From Enterobacter phage phiEap-3: DNA of 64,000 nucleotides. The notes under the pieces are model-generated. The model did no database searches. It had not been told where the DNA came from and was given only the letters and a program-made list of their open reading frames with translations. This document shows positions 53,158 to 62,556 of the stretch, in pieces (positions within the stretch are counted from its first letter, which is position 1; each line of letters begins with the position of its first letter). A program made the position numbers and the translations under genes. The stretch is taken from the sequence record KT321315.1. One strand, given 5' to 3'.

Positions 53158-54667
53158 TGAACTTGCTTCTACTCTGAAAACTAAAGAGAAAGAAGCAATT
53201 TTAAAACGTAATGCAGATAATGAATTGTTGAAAGAAGTTTTCCGCATTACGTATACAAAACAGATTATGTTTTATGTGCGTCAATTCCCTCTGGTAGAAG
53301 GGAAACCAGGCACAACACCGCTTTCCGATGCAATCAAAGCATTGCTGGAAGATTTAGCAAGCCGGAAATATACAGGCAATGCAGCGCGTGATCGTTTACT
53401 GGATATTGTATCATCAGTGAACATTAACGATCGTGAAGTGCTACGCCGTATCATTAACCGCGATCTGGAATGTGGTGCTGGCACAACCTTACCAAACCGG
53501 GTATGGAAGAAACTTATACCTGAACAGCCTCAATGCCTCGCTACGCCGTTTAGCGAAAAGGCTTTACGTCGCATCATTTTCCCGGCTTACTCGCAGCTTA
53601 AAGCCGATGGTGCGCGTTGTATGGCTGATTTGTTGGAAGCATTAAACCGTAAGGTATCGAGGGCGGGTAACGAGTACGAAGGGTTAACCCAACTTGATAT
53701 CGATCTGAAAAAGATACGTGATTATCTGGGATATGATGTAGTTCTGGATGGAGAATTGATTTATGTTCCTTCCGGAACCGTACCAACATTACCTGAACCT
53801 GAAACAGACATGCCTTTTTCTTTATCTGCTTTCATGGACGATGATGATAACGACATTGCGCTATTTGCGGAAGAAGTTAGAAAAGTATCGACCCCAGAAG
53901 AAGAACAGGCCGAAGCAAAACGCGAAGAAGGGAACGGGATCGTAAACAAATCTCTGAAAGGGACGATCACCGAAGAAGAACAGCGAAACATTGTTTATGT
54001 TGTTTGGGATATTATTCCATATGAGGTGTATTACGGCGAAGCTGAAAGTGTTCAGACTTATGATGAACGGTTTAGCCTGTTGCGTGATATCCTCCTGGAT
54101 CTTTCTCTGCCTTCTGTTCGCTTGATTCAGTCTAAGCTAGTGAATAACATTGCAGAAGCGAAACAGGACTATAACAATTACCGCAATGACGGTAAAGAAG
54201 GTTCTATTCTCAAAAACAGAAACTTCAAATGGAAAGATTCGCGAGTAGCTGATCAGGTTAAGCTGAAAAACAAAACCCCGATTGAACTACGGATCATTGA
54301 TATCTACGCGCACACTAAAGAAGACCATAAGGTCGGCGGGTTTGTTGTGGAAGATTTATCCGGAATGGCTCGAACGAATACCGGATCTGGGTTAACTGAT
54401 ACAGATTATCGTTACGATGATGATGGTATTACCCGTGTATACATTCCATTAGATGAACGTGGTGAACTGGATCGCGAATACATCATGGCGCATAAAGATG
54501 AATACATTGGGGCCATTGTAGAAATGGAAGTTGACGGCCTCCAGAAGTCGAAAACGCGTAAGAAAGGGGAACCGGAATACAGTTTCTTCCTTCCTATTAT
54601 CAAGAAGATAAGACGCGATAAGACTGAACCAGACGATATTCATGTTGTCTTTGCAGATCTATTTTAA
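53138..54667 (+). CDS. 30: ATP-dependent DNA ligase
   Basis: 509 aa; N-terminus MILSILNELAS...EAILKRN..NELLK aligns with T4 gp30; adenylation motif KADGARC. Confidence 0.9.
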   Translation: MILSILNELASTLKTKEKEAILKRNADNELLKEVFRITYTKQIMFYVRQFPLVEGKPGTTPLSDAIKALLEDLASRKYTGNAARDRLLDIVSSVNINDREVLRRIINRDLECGAGTTLPNRVWKKLIPEQPQCLATPFSEKALRRIIFPAYSQLKADGARCMADLLEALNRKVSRAGNEYEGLTQLDIDLKKIRDYLGYDVVLDGELIYVPSGTVPTLPEPETDMPFSLSAFMDDDDNDIALFAEEVRKVSTPEEEQAEAKREEGNGIVNKSLKGTITEEEQRNIVYVVWDIIPYEVYYGEAESVQTYDERFSLLRDILLDLSLPSVRLIQSKLVNNIAEAKQDYNNYRNDGKEGSILKNRNFKWKDSRVADQVKLKNKTPIELRIIDIYAHTKEDHKVGGFVVEDLSGMARTNTGSGLTDTDYRYDDDGITRVYIPLDERGELDREYIMAHKDEYIGAIVEMEVDGLQKSKTRKKGEPEYSFFLPIIKKIRRDKTEPDDIHVVFADLF

Positions 54668-54672
54668 TAAAA

Positions 54673-54706
54673 AGCCCTTGACTCCGGTCGGGGGCTTTGT
54701 TATATT
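54673..54706 (+). promoter_or_regulatory. terminator hairpin overlapping a sigma70 promoter TTGACT-N17-TATATT
   Basis: hairpin AGCCC...GGGCT at 54673-54696; TTGACT 54678-54683; TATATT 54701-54706; then leader CATATCGAAACG. Confidence 0.55.
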
Positions 54707-54741
54707 GCATATCGAAACGTAAATCACTGAGAGAATATATT

Positions 54742-55311
54742 ATGACTAGTAGTTATCAGAAACACAAAACCCTTATGGCAAACCTGTCCGGTAAACATAT
54801 CGACGAAGTAAAATCCCTGCTGACAGTAACCGAAGGCTCCCGTTTTGACACAAATCACATTATCAAACCTTCTGTGAAGAAAGTACTGAAAGTGATTTAC
54901 CGACATCCGGTGTATCAGTGCGTTCATATCATGAACAGCAACGCATTTATTTTCGTATATAACGAATCCGATGATACGTGTGTTGGTATTTTCCGAAAAC
55001 CTAACTTTGAATGCATGAGCGAAGCGGCTGTTGCAACCCCTATCGTTGAAGAATATCCGGATTATGTTCAACGCAACATGCGTTATGTGCAATCCCGACT
55101 TGATTATGCACACGATTTCAATTCTGACGCGGTAGAAGCGCTGGCGGATATCCTTTGCAAAAACCAGAAAGATCGTCAAATGACAAAATATCTGACAGAT
55201 CCAACACCGTCAACAATCCGAATTTCTGTTGAAGTTCCGTTTGAAAATCATTTCATGGCGGTTGAAGCGCTTGCTAAACTTGGTTTAGAAGTGAAAACAG
55301 AAGCCGTTTAA
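54742..55311 (+). CDS. hypothetical protein
   Basis: start moved to MTSSYQ, downstream of the promoter and leader motif. Confidence 0.5.
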   Translation: MTSSYQKHKTLMANLSGKHIDEVKSLLTVTEGSRFDTNHIIKPSVKKVLKVIYRHPVYQCVHIMNSNAFIFVYNESDDTCVGIFRKPNFECMSEAAVATPIVEEYPDYVQRNMRYVQSRLDYAHDFNSDAVEALADILCKNQKDRQMTKYLTDPTPSTIRISVEVPFENHFMAVEALAKLGLEVKTEAV

Positions 55312-55330
55312 TAGCACTTTTTGTTAAAGA

Positions 55331-55359
55331 AGCCTCTTGCAATGCAGGGGGCTTTTTTG
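55331..55359 (+). terminator. rho-independent terminator
   Basis: AGCCTCTTGCAATGCAGGGGGCT plus T6; near-identical element on the minus strand at 3106-3131. Confidence 0.65.
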
Positions 55360-55385
55360 TATAGTGTGTTCATCGAAACGAAACA
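55360..55385 (+). promoter_or_regulatory. conserved promoter-leader cassette TATAGT-GTGTT-CATCGAAACGAAACA
   Basis: family member upstream of gene 55400-55603. Confidence 0.5.
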
Positions 55386-55399
55386 CGGAGATAAACAAA

Positions 55400-55603
55400 A
55401 TGGCTCACATGATGAAGAAAGCAGAATTCCTTAACCTGGTTAAAGATTGCGGATTCGCTCACTTGAAAACTTTTCGTGGTAGTGTTTACCTCTATGACCG
55501 TGAAATCCAGGTTGCAGAAGTCTATTGCGCTTCTAACATGCAAGAATCTGGCATTATCTCTGCAATGAACCAATCAATCAAATACCGTAAATGGATGGGC
55601 TGA
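55400..55603 (+). CDS. hypothetical protein
   Basis: start moved to MAHMMKK after GGAG Shine-Dalgarno. Confidence 0.45.
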   Translation: MAHMMKKAEFLNLVKDCGFAHLKTFRGSVYLYDREIQVAEVYCASNMQESGIISAMNQSIKYRKWMG

Positions 55604-55605
55604 TT

Positions 55606-55782
55606 ATGAAAGTTAACGTTTCTTATGAATCTCGCGTTAATGGCGCACAGTGGCGGAAGCTGGATAACGGGCAAGTAGAAAGGCGTTTACCTGGTTCCGA
55701 TGAATGGACACTTGCGGCAGTGTTGGAAACCGAAATCGATCTGGCAACAAAAGACGGCATTTTGTTTGAGGTGAAGAAATGA
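55606..55782 (+). CDS. hypothetical protein
   Basis: start moved to MKVNVSY. Confidence 0.4.
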   Translation: MKVNVSYESRVNGAQWRKLDNGQVERRLPGSDEWTLAAVLETEIDLATKDGILFEVKK

Positions 55783-55943
55783 TCACACTCAGTGATTATC
55801 TTCTGTTTACTGCTTTTTGGGTGGCGTCGATATTCATAACTGTTTTGATTTACAACAAACGTGATGATTTTGGGTTGTTATTATTCATTCACGGGCTTCC
55901 TCTTTCTATGTGGATCGTGATGACTGCTGAAATTCTCCATTAA
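55779..55943 (+). CDS. small membrane protein (unlisted, 54 aa)
   Basis: hand translation MITLSDYLLFTAFWVASIFITVLIYNKRDDFGLLLFIHGLPLSMWIVMTAEILH; ATGA overlap with the upstream stop. Confidence 0.4.
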   Translation: MITLSDYLLFTAFWVASIFITVLIYNKRDDFGLLLFIHGLPLSMWIVMTAEILH

Positions 55944-56006
55944 TAGCACTTTTTGCTAAAACTATCCTGTTCTTGTTTGGTATAGTGTGTTCATCGAAAC
56001 GAAACA
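55941..56006 (+). promoter_or_regulatory. 3'-boundary motif TAATAGCACTTTTTGCTAAAAC followed by promoter-leader cassette TTTGGTATAGT-GTGTT-CATCGAAACGAAACA
   Basis: family members; upstream of gene 56026-56289. Confidence 0.5.
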
Positions 56007-56025
56007 GACAAAAGGAACTACGAAA

Positions 56026-56289
56026 ATGGCTAGAACAATCAAAGATTTCCACGATGACCAGATTATCTCTAATGCAATGGGTGGACGCATGATCCTGTTG
56101 ATGGACAGTGACGGTGATATCGTACTGGTTGTTGAAAACGTAGTTCACTACAGTAACCGTAGTCTGGAAGGGATGTTTAACTGGTTGATGCGCCAGCATA
56201 GCGCGGAGAAAAGCAGTCTCCCAGCGGCATGTAAAGCCCACGCTAAAAACCTGGTAATTATCACTAAGTTAAGAATCAGATCTTACTAA
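56026..56289 (+). CDS. hypothetical protein
   Basis: start moved to MARTIKD after the promoter/leader cassette. Confidence 0.45.
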   Translation: MARTIKDFHDDQIISNAMGGRMILLMDSDGDIVLVVENVVHYSNRSLEGMFNWLMRQHSAEKSSLPAACKAHAKNLVIITKLRIRSY

Positions 56290-56295
56290 AAAGTT

Positions 56296-56313
56296 GCCCC
56301 TTCGGGGGCTTTT
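56296..56313 (+). terminator. rho-independent terminator
   Basis: GCCCCTTCGGGGGC followed by TTTT; same hairpin as 41640. Confidence 0.6.
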
Positions 56314-56336
56314 AACCCCAACAAAAGGAACATCAC

Positions 56337-56627
56337 ATGAACTTCATCGATATCAACAAAGATTTGGAAGGTAAAAACATCAAACTCGTTAACCGTGAAA
56401 TGTTAGAGAGTCTTGGTAACGGTGGCGAAAAATTCAGTGAAGAATTCTATAACAATTTATCGTTGATGACGGTCAAGCGCGTTGATGTTCAGGGTGGTTC
56501 TGGTTGGGTTTCTGCAATTCCGGTTTCCCTGGTAGATCAAGCAACATATGACCCAGTTGCTGATTCATGGGATCTAGAAATGCCGTTGGTATTCGAAGAA
56601 GTCATGAAGTGCTACGAAATCGCATAA
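56337..56627 (+). CDS. hypothetical protein
   Basis: 96 aa ORF. Confidence 0.45.
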   Translation: MNFIDINKDLEGKNIKLVNREMLESLGNGGEKFSEEFYNNLSLMTVKRVDVQGGSGWVSAIPVSLVDQATYDPVADSWDLEMPLVFEEVMKCYEIA

Positions 56628-56638
56628 GGAGATTTATC

Positions 56639-56893
56639 ATGAATTTCAATAAAAACAACAAAGCGATCAGCGAAACAATCACCAACAAGAAACACGCTAT
56701 CTTTATCACAAAATACTGTGAAGGTGTTACTCTGCTGTATCGTCGATATGCTGTTATTGAACTATCCCCATGTATCTATAAAACCTATAAAGAAAACAAT
56801 GGATACTGGGAACGTTGTGATGATCTGGTTAGTTTTCTTATGTGGAACGGTGAGTTTCAAGGATATGACGATATCACTCCGTTGATAAAATAG
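56639..56893 (+). CDS. hypothetical protein
   Basis: start moved to MNFNKNN after AGGAG Shine-Dalgarno. Confidence 0.45.
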   Translation: MNFNKNNKAISETITNKKHAIFITKYCEGVTLLYRRYAVIELSPCIYKTYKENNGYWERCDDLVSFLMWNGEFQGYDDITPLIK

Positions 56894-56946
56894 CACTTTT
56901 TGCTAAAACATTAACGATGTCATTTGGTATAGTATGTTCATCGAAA
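56888..56946 (+). promoter_or_regulatory. 3'-boundary motif AAATAGCACTTTTTGCTAAAAC followed by promoter-leader cassette TTTGGTATAGT-ATGTT-CATCGAAAC
   Basis: family members; upstream of gene 56962-57261. Confidence 0.5.
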
Positions 56947-56961
56947 CAAAGGAGACTAACC

Positions 56962-57261
56962 ATGAAAAACTTATTCACTGTGCCAGCATGGATTGACCAC
57001 AAAGGCGATTACGATTTTATCAACTTCTTTGAGGTTATGGCTTTACTGAATATTGAAAATCAGTGGGTTCGTATGACAGCCAATGATCAGCGTAAACTGT
57101 TCGGTGTTACCCTGTTTGGCAAAAAGCAATTCATGGTTAAATCTTCTGGTGAAGTAATGGTTTGTTGGTCTACTTGCTTCGGAACTGATTCTGAAATCGT
57201 TACTGTCAATCGTGATAATTTGAAAGAAGCAATCAACGACAAAAAGGCGCTTGTATTATGA
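56962..57261 (+). CDS. hypothetical protein
   Basis: start moved to MKNLFTV after AAGGAG Shine-Dalgarno and the promoter/leader cassette. Confidence 0.45.
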   Translation: MKNLFTVPAWIDHKGDYDFINFFEVMALLNIENQWVRMTANDQRKLFGVTLFGKKQFMVKSSGEVMVCWSTCFGTDSEIVTVNRDNLKEAINDKKALVL

Positions 57262-57551
57262 GTAAGGGTACAATGGAAATTAGCGAAGAAGAAGTTAAAG
57301 AACGGTTATCAGTAGCAAGGAGATTCCTTGAATCTATCGATCCGGATAAACTTGGAAAATGCCCCGATACTATTTGCCTTAATTGTGGGCGTTCTGTTCT
57401 TGTTGGTAAGTGTTGCGATAATCCAAATATCGTTGTGATGGAAAAGGAACAAGTATCCCCCGAAACATGGGATCAGATCCAGGAAATCATTAAAAATCCG
57501 CCAGCGCCAACTAAAAAATTACGTGAATTGATGACAAGGAAAATGAAATGA
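57258..57551 (+). CDS. Cys-rich (zinc-finger-like) hypothetical protein
   Basis: CPDTICLNCGRSVLVGKCC. Confidence 0.45.
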   Translation: MSKGTMEISEEEVKERLSVARRFLESIDPDKLGKCPDTICLNCGRSVLVGKCCDNPNIVVMEKEQVSPETWDQIQEIIKNPPAPTKKLRELMTRKMK

Positions 57552-57925
57552 GCAAATTTAAACTGAGTGCAACCGTTCGCCTTATTCGTTGGAATGGTGA
57601 AGAGATCCGTTATGATGACCCTGAATTCGCCCATGAAATTCTTTCGCATCGTCTGGGATTGAAAAACGCGTCATTGGTTCAGACTGTTAAAACATCAGCA
57701 GATCCGGAAATTTGGCGTTGTGTTATCCTGGATCTCGATAGCAACATTGACTATGACGATCCTAAGAACTATCCGCTTCTGGAAGCACAAGTTGATAATG
57801 CTCCAGAAGACAGACAGTGTTTTTTGGTTGAGTTACCGCGTGAACATTACGAAAACATCATAAAGGCCCGTAGAAAGGTCAACAACAATGTTTTCGATCT
57901 CCACCTCGGATTATTTGAGGATTAA
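57548..57925 (+). CDS. hypothetical protein
   Basis: 125 aa ORF. Confidence 0.45.
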   Translation: MSKFKLSATVRLIRWNGEEIRYDDPEFAHEILSHRLGLKNASLVQTVKTSADPEIWRCVILDLDSNIDYDDPKNYPLLEAQVDNAPEDRQCFLVELPREHYENIIKARRKVNNNVFDLHLGLFED

Positions 57926-59031
57926 GTACTGCTAGTTGTGTTCGTAGTAGCGGCGCTTGTAGGTTCCCCCACCTGTATACATTCAAGTGTTTGCAGGTGG
58001 AAATCTTTTGATACGTCTCGAACACATTCAACGATCAGATATTTTCCTGCATACTCTTCCCCAAATACCTCAATGATTGTTCCTACCTTAACATCTAAAC
58101 GACCCTGCTTTATATCGAATCGGATCCGGCGTTCATAGCTGGATAGCAATTGCATTTTAGAAGCCTGGAACGGTTTACCTTCTGAATCTGGGTTCTGAAA
58201 GTTGGTATCATAGATTGCATTACGGTTTGTGAAGATCCATGTATTCTCTGTGTCTGTATCAGCCAGTATATCACCGTACATCTTTTTATCAGTCAATGAC
58301 AGACTAAAGAAACTGGCGTCTTTAAACAGCGTTGTGTTATCCTTATGGGTAATATACTGGGCTTCTGTGAATATGACAGTATCGCCAACAAACACGTTAT
58401 CAACGTTAAATTTGTATGCTGGGATCGGTGTCTGGGCCAGAATGTCAGTTGAACTTTTAAGGAAAATACCGGAACCGTCTTCCCACAGATAACAGAAGTC
58501 AGAAGAAACTACACTTTGCCCGTTGTCCCTGATATAATCAAATATATCCTGATATGTACCATTTAGACATCCAGGAGGGATACGTATGTTACCGCCGTCA
58601 ATTTCGGGGGTAAGCAGTTTCATTTTGCTATACAGTGCCGTCATACACTCTGTAATCGTCTGTACGGCGTTATTGCTAAATGAACGGGCAAACTTACGTC
58701 TGAACGTTTTGTGCAGCGGAGAGAGGTTCATACGCAGCACAGAACGGTTTTTATCGTCAGTATCTACGTTAGAGTAAAGCAATCCGTAATAATGTTGTTC
58801 CTGTGTACCGTTATACTGGAAAGATACCTGTATGATCGGCTGGATAAGTTGCTGATAGATTAACTGTGCGTCGTATATCTGCATCAGCGTTTCCGATGAG
58901 CCGTTAATCATCGTCTTTTCACTAAACGAGACAAGAGCGGGTAGCAATTCAGTATATGCGTTATCAATGTATTTTTCGTATGATGTATATAATTTAATCG
59001 ATGTGACTCGATTGACGATTTTTTCAGCCAT
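57922..59031 (-). CDS. 27: baseplate hub subunit
   Basis: 369 aa; N-terminus SIKLYTSYEKYIDNAYTEL...TLMQIYDA parallels T4 gp27 SVKLFDSYDAWSNNRFVEL...GMLQFYDS; Thr/Ser-rich C-terminal tail; minus strand, divergent from 28. Confidence 0.6.
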   Translation of the reverse strand: MAEKIVNRVTSIKLYTSYEKYIDNAYTELLPALVSFSEKTMINGSSETLMQIYDAQLIYQQLIQPIIQVSFQYNGTQEQHYYGLLYSNVDTDDKNRSVLRMNLSPLHKTFRRKFARSFSNNAVQTITECMTALYSKMKLLTPEIDGGNIRIPPGCLNGTYQDIFDYIRDNGQSVVSSDFCYLWEDGSGIFLKSSTDILAQTPIPAYKFNVDNVFVGDTVIFTEAQYITHKDNTTLFKDASFFSLSLTDKKMYGDILADTDTENTWIFTNRNAIYDTNFQNPDSEGKPFQASKMQLLSSYERRIRFDIKQGRLDVKVGTIIEVFGEEYAGKYLIVECVRDVSKDFHLQTLECIQVGEPTSAATTNTTSST

Positions 59032-59053
59032 AAAAATCCCTCCTAATATATCC

Positions 59054-59073
59054 TATTTACTAAATAGTAAATA
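59054..59073. promoter_or_regulatory. perfect palindrome TATTTACTA-AA-TAGTAAATA between divergent genes 27 and 28; contains TAAATA cores reminiscent of the T4 late promoter TATAAATA
   Basis: read directly; gives the same TAAATA-containing sequence on both strands. Confidence 0.4.
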
Positions 59074-59676
59074 ATGACCCAGGTTCAATTTGAGGCAATA
59101 ATGAAAAATAAAACTCTTGATAAATTTATGACTACACGGCTTGAAATCAAGAAGACTAACGTTAAAACCGTTCATCTTCCGGATGGAACAGCCATTGAGA
59201 TTCCTAAGATGTCGTATCGTCATTTTGTAAAGATTAAGACTCTGAAAGATGACCCAGTTGCGATCATGCGATTCATCATTGATGACATCAAACCGCGTGA
59301 ACTGACAGCAGCGGAAATTGAATTTGTGTTGATCCATATGTATGCACACAATAACGCTGATTATGCCAATACGCTTAAAGAAATTGGGCTAAATCTTGAT
59401 GACCTCAAAATCTCCGAACCTTGCTATGATTTTACGTTTAACAATGTGCGGTTAGTCTTTGACAACCCCAGCCTGTTAAATGCTCACCTTCCGTTCCTCA
59501 TCAAAGAGGCATATGTTGACGGTAAGCCAGTAGAATTAACTGAGGATAAACGAGACGAATTAATTAATTGCCTGTACCGATTCGAATATGATCAGGTATC
59601 GCGTGGTGTCCTCCAGGAAGTATACATTATCCATGAGGGGAAAACCATCAAAGGGCTTAACATCATTGGTGAATGA
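59074..59676 (+). CDS. baseplate hub protein (gp28 position)
   Basis: 200 aa ORF between 27 and 29; assignment rests on synteny only. Confidence 0.4.
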   Translation: MTQVQFEAIMKNKTLDKFMTTRLEIKKTNVKTVHLPDGTAIEIPKMSYRHFVKIKTLKDDPVAIMRFIIDDIKPRELTAAEIEFVLIHMYAHNNADYANTLKEIGLNLDDLKISEPCYDFTFNNVRLVFDNPSLLNAHLPFLIKEAYVDGKPVELTEDKRDELINCLYRFEYDQVSRGVLQEVYIIHEGKTIKGLNIIGE

Positions 59677-61466
59677 TAATGGCTAACTCTTATTTCAACG
59701 AAGAACAAAAGAAAAAGTTTCTGAACAGAAACAACAGCAAACAACCAGCGGTCACCAAAGTAACAGCCTCCCTTGATGCTGAAAGCGCCCGTGACCTAAA
59801 GGAAATCAACGATAACACCCTTGAAAGTGCAATCAATACGCTTGATATCAAAGAAGGGTTGAAATCGTTCGAAGAAAAATTCCGTGACAAGTTCGCGGGG
59901 TTCAAAGAACAGTACGAAGAGGATAAAAAGGAATCATTAGCCGAACAACTACCTGATTTCGTCGGCCCGATCCGTCCTATATCCTTAACCGATGATAACT
60001 CAAAAACTGTTGACAATACAGTAAACGTTAACCAAAATGGTCAGTTCGGTAAGCTGGAAGAAAACACTGAATCTATTTTTCATGCTATCAACAAACTTGT
60101 TGATTTATATGAAAATACTGATAAGCATAAGCCGCTTCCTGAACCAGTGGAAGAACCTGATCCGTATGTTGACACTAAGAAAAAACGCATCATTGATGAT
60201 GAAGACAAAAGAAGCAAAACTCTGGATAGCATTGCTAAAAGTCTGGTTTCTATTAAAGGCTTTACATCGCAGATCCTTAGCCGTTTCATTGGTTACTCTC
60301 TGGAAGCAATGGCAAAGTTTGCTAAATGGACGCTCCTTATTGGTTCGCTAATCTTTACATTCGATGTGTTGCGCGTCACAATACGCAAATGGTTCGAAGA
60401 TATCCTGAAAGAAGGGGAATCCTCAAAGAAACTATTTGGTACATATCTGGGTAACGTAAAGGCTATCGTAACAAAGATTGAAGAAGGTCTGAACAACTTC
60501 AATATGAATAACTTAGGCGAATCACTTCGTGATTTGTTCGTTGAGCCTATGAAGCTGTTGGGGCAAACTGTACAAACGGCAATCACTGAGGGTATCGGTC
60601 GCCTTATTCAATCATTGGGTGAATCAACTGGTATCGACAGCATTACCAATGCCGGACGCGGAATGCAGATCACCGCTTTACGTGATAAACAGAAATTTGG
60701 TCTTGAGTTGACCAAAGACGATATTATCATGATTAAGAAACAAGAACTGGCAGAACAACAGGAAGCATTGGAAAAAGAAGATAAAGCCATTGCAGCACGT
60801 CAGGCGTTGACGATCACTCCTAGCCAGATCCCTAATGGTTCGATTTACAAAGTAGCTCCTACTGATTATCAGGAAAGAAATCAGAAGATTGTCGATGCTG
60901 ACAAAGAACGCCTGGATACTATGAAAAAACACACCGACGAATTAAAAAGTCAGGTGAAATTGATTGAAGGCAGTGCAGAAGAAGCACAGAAGTTAGCCGA
61001 TGAGGAAAACAAACGCAACAGAGAGCGTGTTCGTCAGGCACAAATCGAAGCGGATCGCCTGAAACAAGCGCGTAAGGAAGGCAAACAACCGCCAGAAGGA
61101 TCCGAGAAAAAAGGCGATGATCTGTTGGGTAAAGCAACCAATTATGCTAACTCTGAAAATCTGGATGCAGCCGATATCAAATACATTAACGATGAACTGT
61201 TGGATCAGCTTGAAAAACGTCGTAATGAAGGCAATCTGGACGATGTACAGAAGGATAGAATCTCTGACCTTATCGAGCAATTACAAAACAAGATTGCAGC
61301 CCGTACAGAATCCAGCGCCCCGATCGACGCACAGCCACCGTTAGCAGCAAATAAACCGGATGCTGATAAAGCAAGCAACATTCAGGTTAACAACAAAACT
61401 GTTAACAACAACGTAACTCATTCAGTACAACGCACAGAGCATAAACCGCTCGTAGCGCTGGCATAA
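59673..61466 (+). CDS. 29: baseplate hub / tail-length determinant
   Basis: 597 aa (T4 gp29 is 590); long coiled-coil, Q/E/K-rich protein sitting before 48 and 54. Confidence 0.6.
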   Translation: MIMANSYFNEEQKKKFLNRNNSKQPAVTKVTASLDAESARDLKEINDNTLESAINTLDIKEGLKSFEEKFRDKFAGFKEQYEEDKKESLAEQLPDFVGPIRPISLTDDNSKTVDNTVNVNQNGQFGKLEENTESIFHAINKLVDLYENTDKHKPLPEPVEEPDPYVDTKKKRIIDDEDKRSKTLDSIAKSLVSIKGFTSQILSRFIGYSLEAMAKFAKWTLLIGSLIFTFDVLRVTIRKWFEDILKEGESSKKLFGTYLGNVKAIVTKIEEGLNNFNMNNLGESLRDLFVEPMKLLGQTVQTAITEGIGRLIQSLGESTGIDSITNAGRGMQITALRDKQKFGLELTKDDIIMIKKQELAEQQEALEKEDKAIAARQALTITPSQIPNGSIYKVAPTDYQERNQKIVDADKERLDTMKKHTDELKSQVKLIEGSAEEAQKLADEENKRNRERVRQAQIEADRLKQARKEGKQPPEGSEKKGDDLLGKATNYANSENLDAADIKYINDELLDQLEKRRNEGNLDDVQKDRISDLIEQLQNKIAARTESSAPIDAQPPLAANKPDADKASNIQVNNKTVNNNVTHSVQRTEHKPLVALA

Positions 61467-61476
61467 GGAACATATA

Positions 61477-62550
61477 ATGAAGTTTTCTATTATTGATGAC
61501 AGTATAAACACTCTCAAAAATATTAAAAATCGCGGTATCCCCTCTGGGGGTGCCGCTATCACAGAATCCGTATTAAAGCAAACTATCGTTACCGCCGAAT
61601 TTCCGGCCCAACGTGCAGCAGGTATCGATAACGCTTATAATGCTTCGAGTCTGTATAATAACGGCCTTCTGTTCACTGCATATGATTTTAATGGTGTTGG
61701 TAGTAAAGACAACTATCGTTCATTACGTCAGGCAGCACAGAACCCAAAACAAATACTATCATCTGCGACGGGTAATATTAAGTACAAACAAGTGTTGAAT
61801 AGTTCTATTGGTACTATGGAACCTGTTTGCCAAATCCTGCTACCGCGAAGCCTGAACGATAATGAAGTAAACAGCCACCGCTATCAAGATGCAAACGATA
61901 GTTTCTTAACCAAAGGGTTGAGCCGTGTTGTTTCAAACATGGTATGGGGCGCTGTAGAATCCGTTTCTGGCGGTATTATGGCAGACCGAAGAGAAGCCCT
62001 TGATGTTGGTACTAAAGCCGCTTTCCAGGGTTCTGACAAGCGAACAAAGATGTATTACAATACATTCGTGATCGAAAGCCGTAACGATTTGCTGGAACTG
62101 ATTAAAATCTACTATCTGTTTACTGTTCTGGGATACGGTACAACTTCTGGCGGTACTGCTAAAGAGGTTGCTGCATTGGTTAAACAGTATTACGGTGTTC
62201 TGGGTGCTAAAACCGCTAACGCAATTAGCCCTTCCAGTAGCCCAGTAACAGCGTCAGATTTTGATAATAGTCTGGGTAACGATGTGGTTGATTTCATTTC
62301 AAACGTAGAGGTTATTAAATCGCCCCCTGTCTGGTTTATTCGTGATTTCCAGTCTGGGGATTCCTTGCGTTTACCTCATTCAACCTTTGGGCCAGCAGGT
62401 ATTACCAGTGTTCGCTTTGGTCGTTCTATTGATAATATTGTAAATACATTAAGAGAATCACCAAATACCCCGATCTCACTTGAGGTCGAAATTCAATTTA
62501 TGGAACTGATCGATATGCGTCAGGATTCTATTTTTGATACAAATTACTAA
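61477..62550 (+). CDS. 48: baseplate tail-tube cap
   Basis: 357 aa (T4 gp48 is 364); immediately upstream of the clear gp54 homolog. Confidence 0.65.
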   Translation: MKFSIIDDSINTLKNIKNRGIPSGGAAITESVLKQTIVTAEFPAQRAAGIDNAYNASSLYNNGLLFTAYDFNGVGSKDNYRSLRQAAQNPKQILSSATGNIKYKQVLNSSIGTMEPVCQILLPRSLNDNEVNSHRYQDANDSFLTKGLSRVVSNMVWGAVESVSGGIMADRREALDVGTKAAFQGSDKRTKMYYNTFVIESRNDLLELIKIYYLFTVLGYGTTSGGTAKEVAALVKQYYGVLGAKTANAISPSSSPVTASDFDNSLGNDVVDFISNVEVIKSPPVWFIRDFQSGDSLRLPHSTFGPAGITSVRFGRSIDNIVNTLRESPNTPISLEVEIQFMELIDMRQDSIFDTNY

Positions 62551-62556
62551 GGAGAT

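Noticed and set aside
54724-55179. 151-aa minus-strand ORF
   Set aside because: Antisense to plus-strand gene 54742-55311, within a uniformly plus-strand block.
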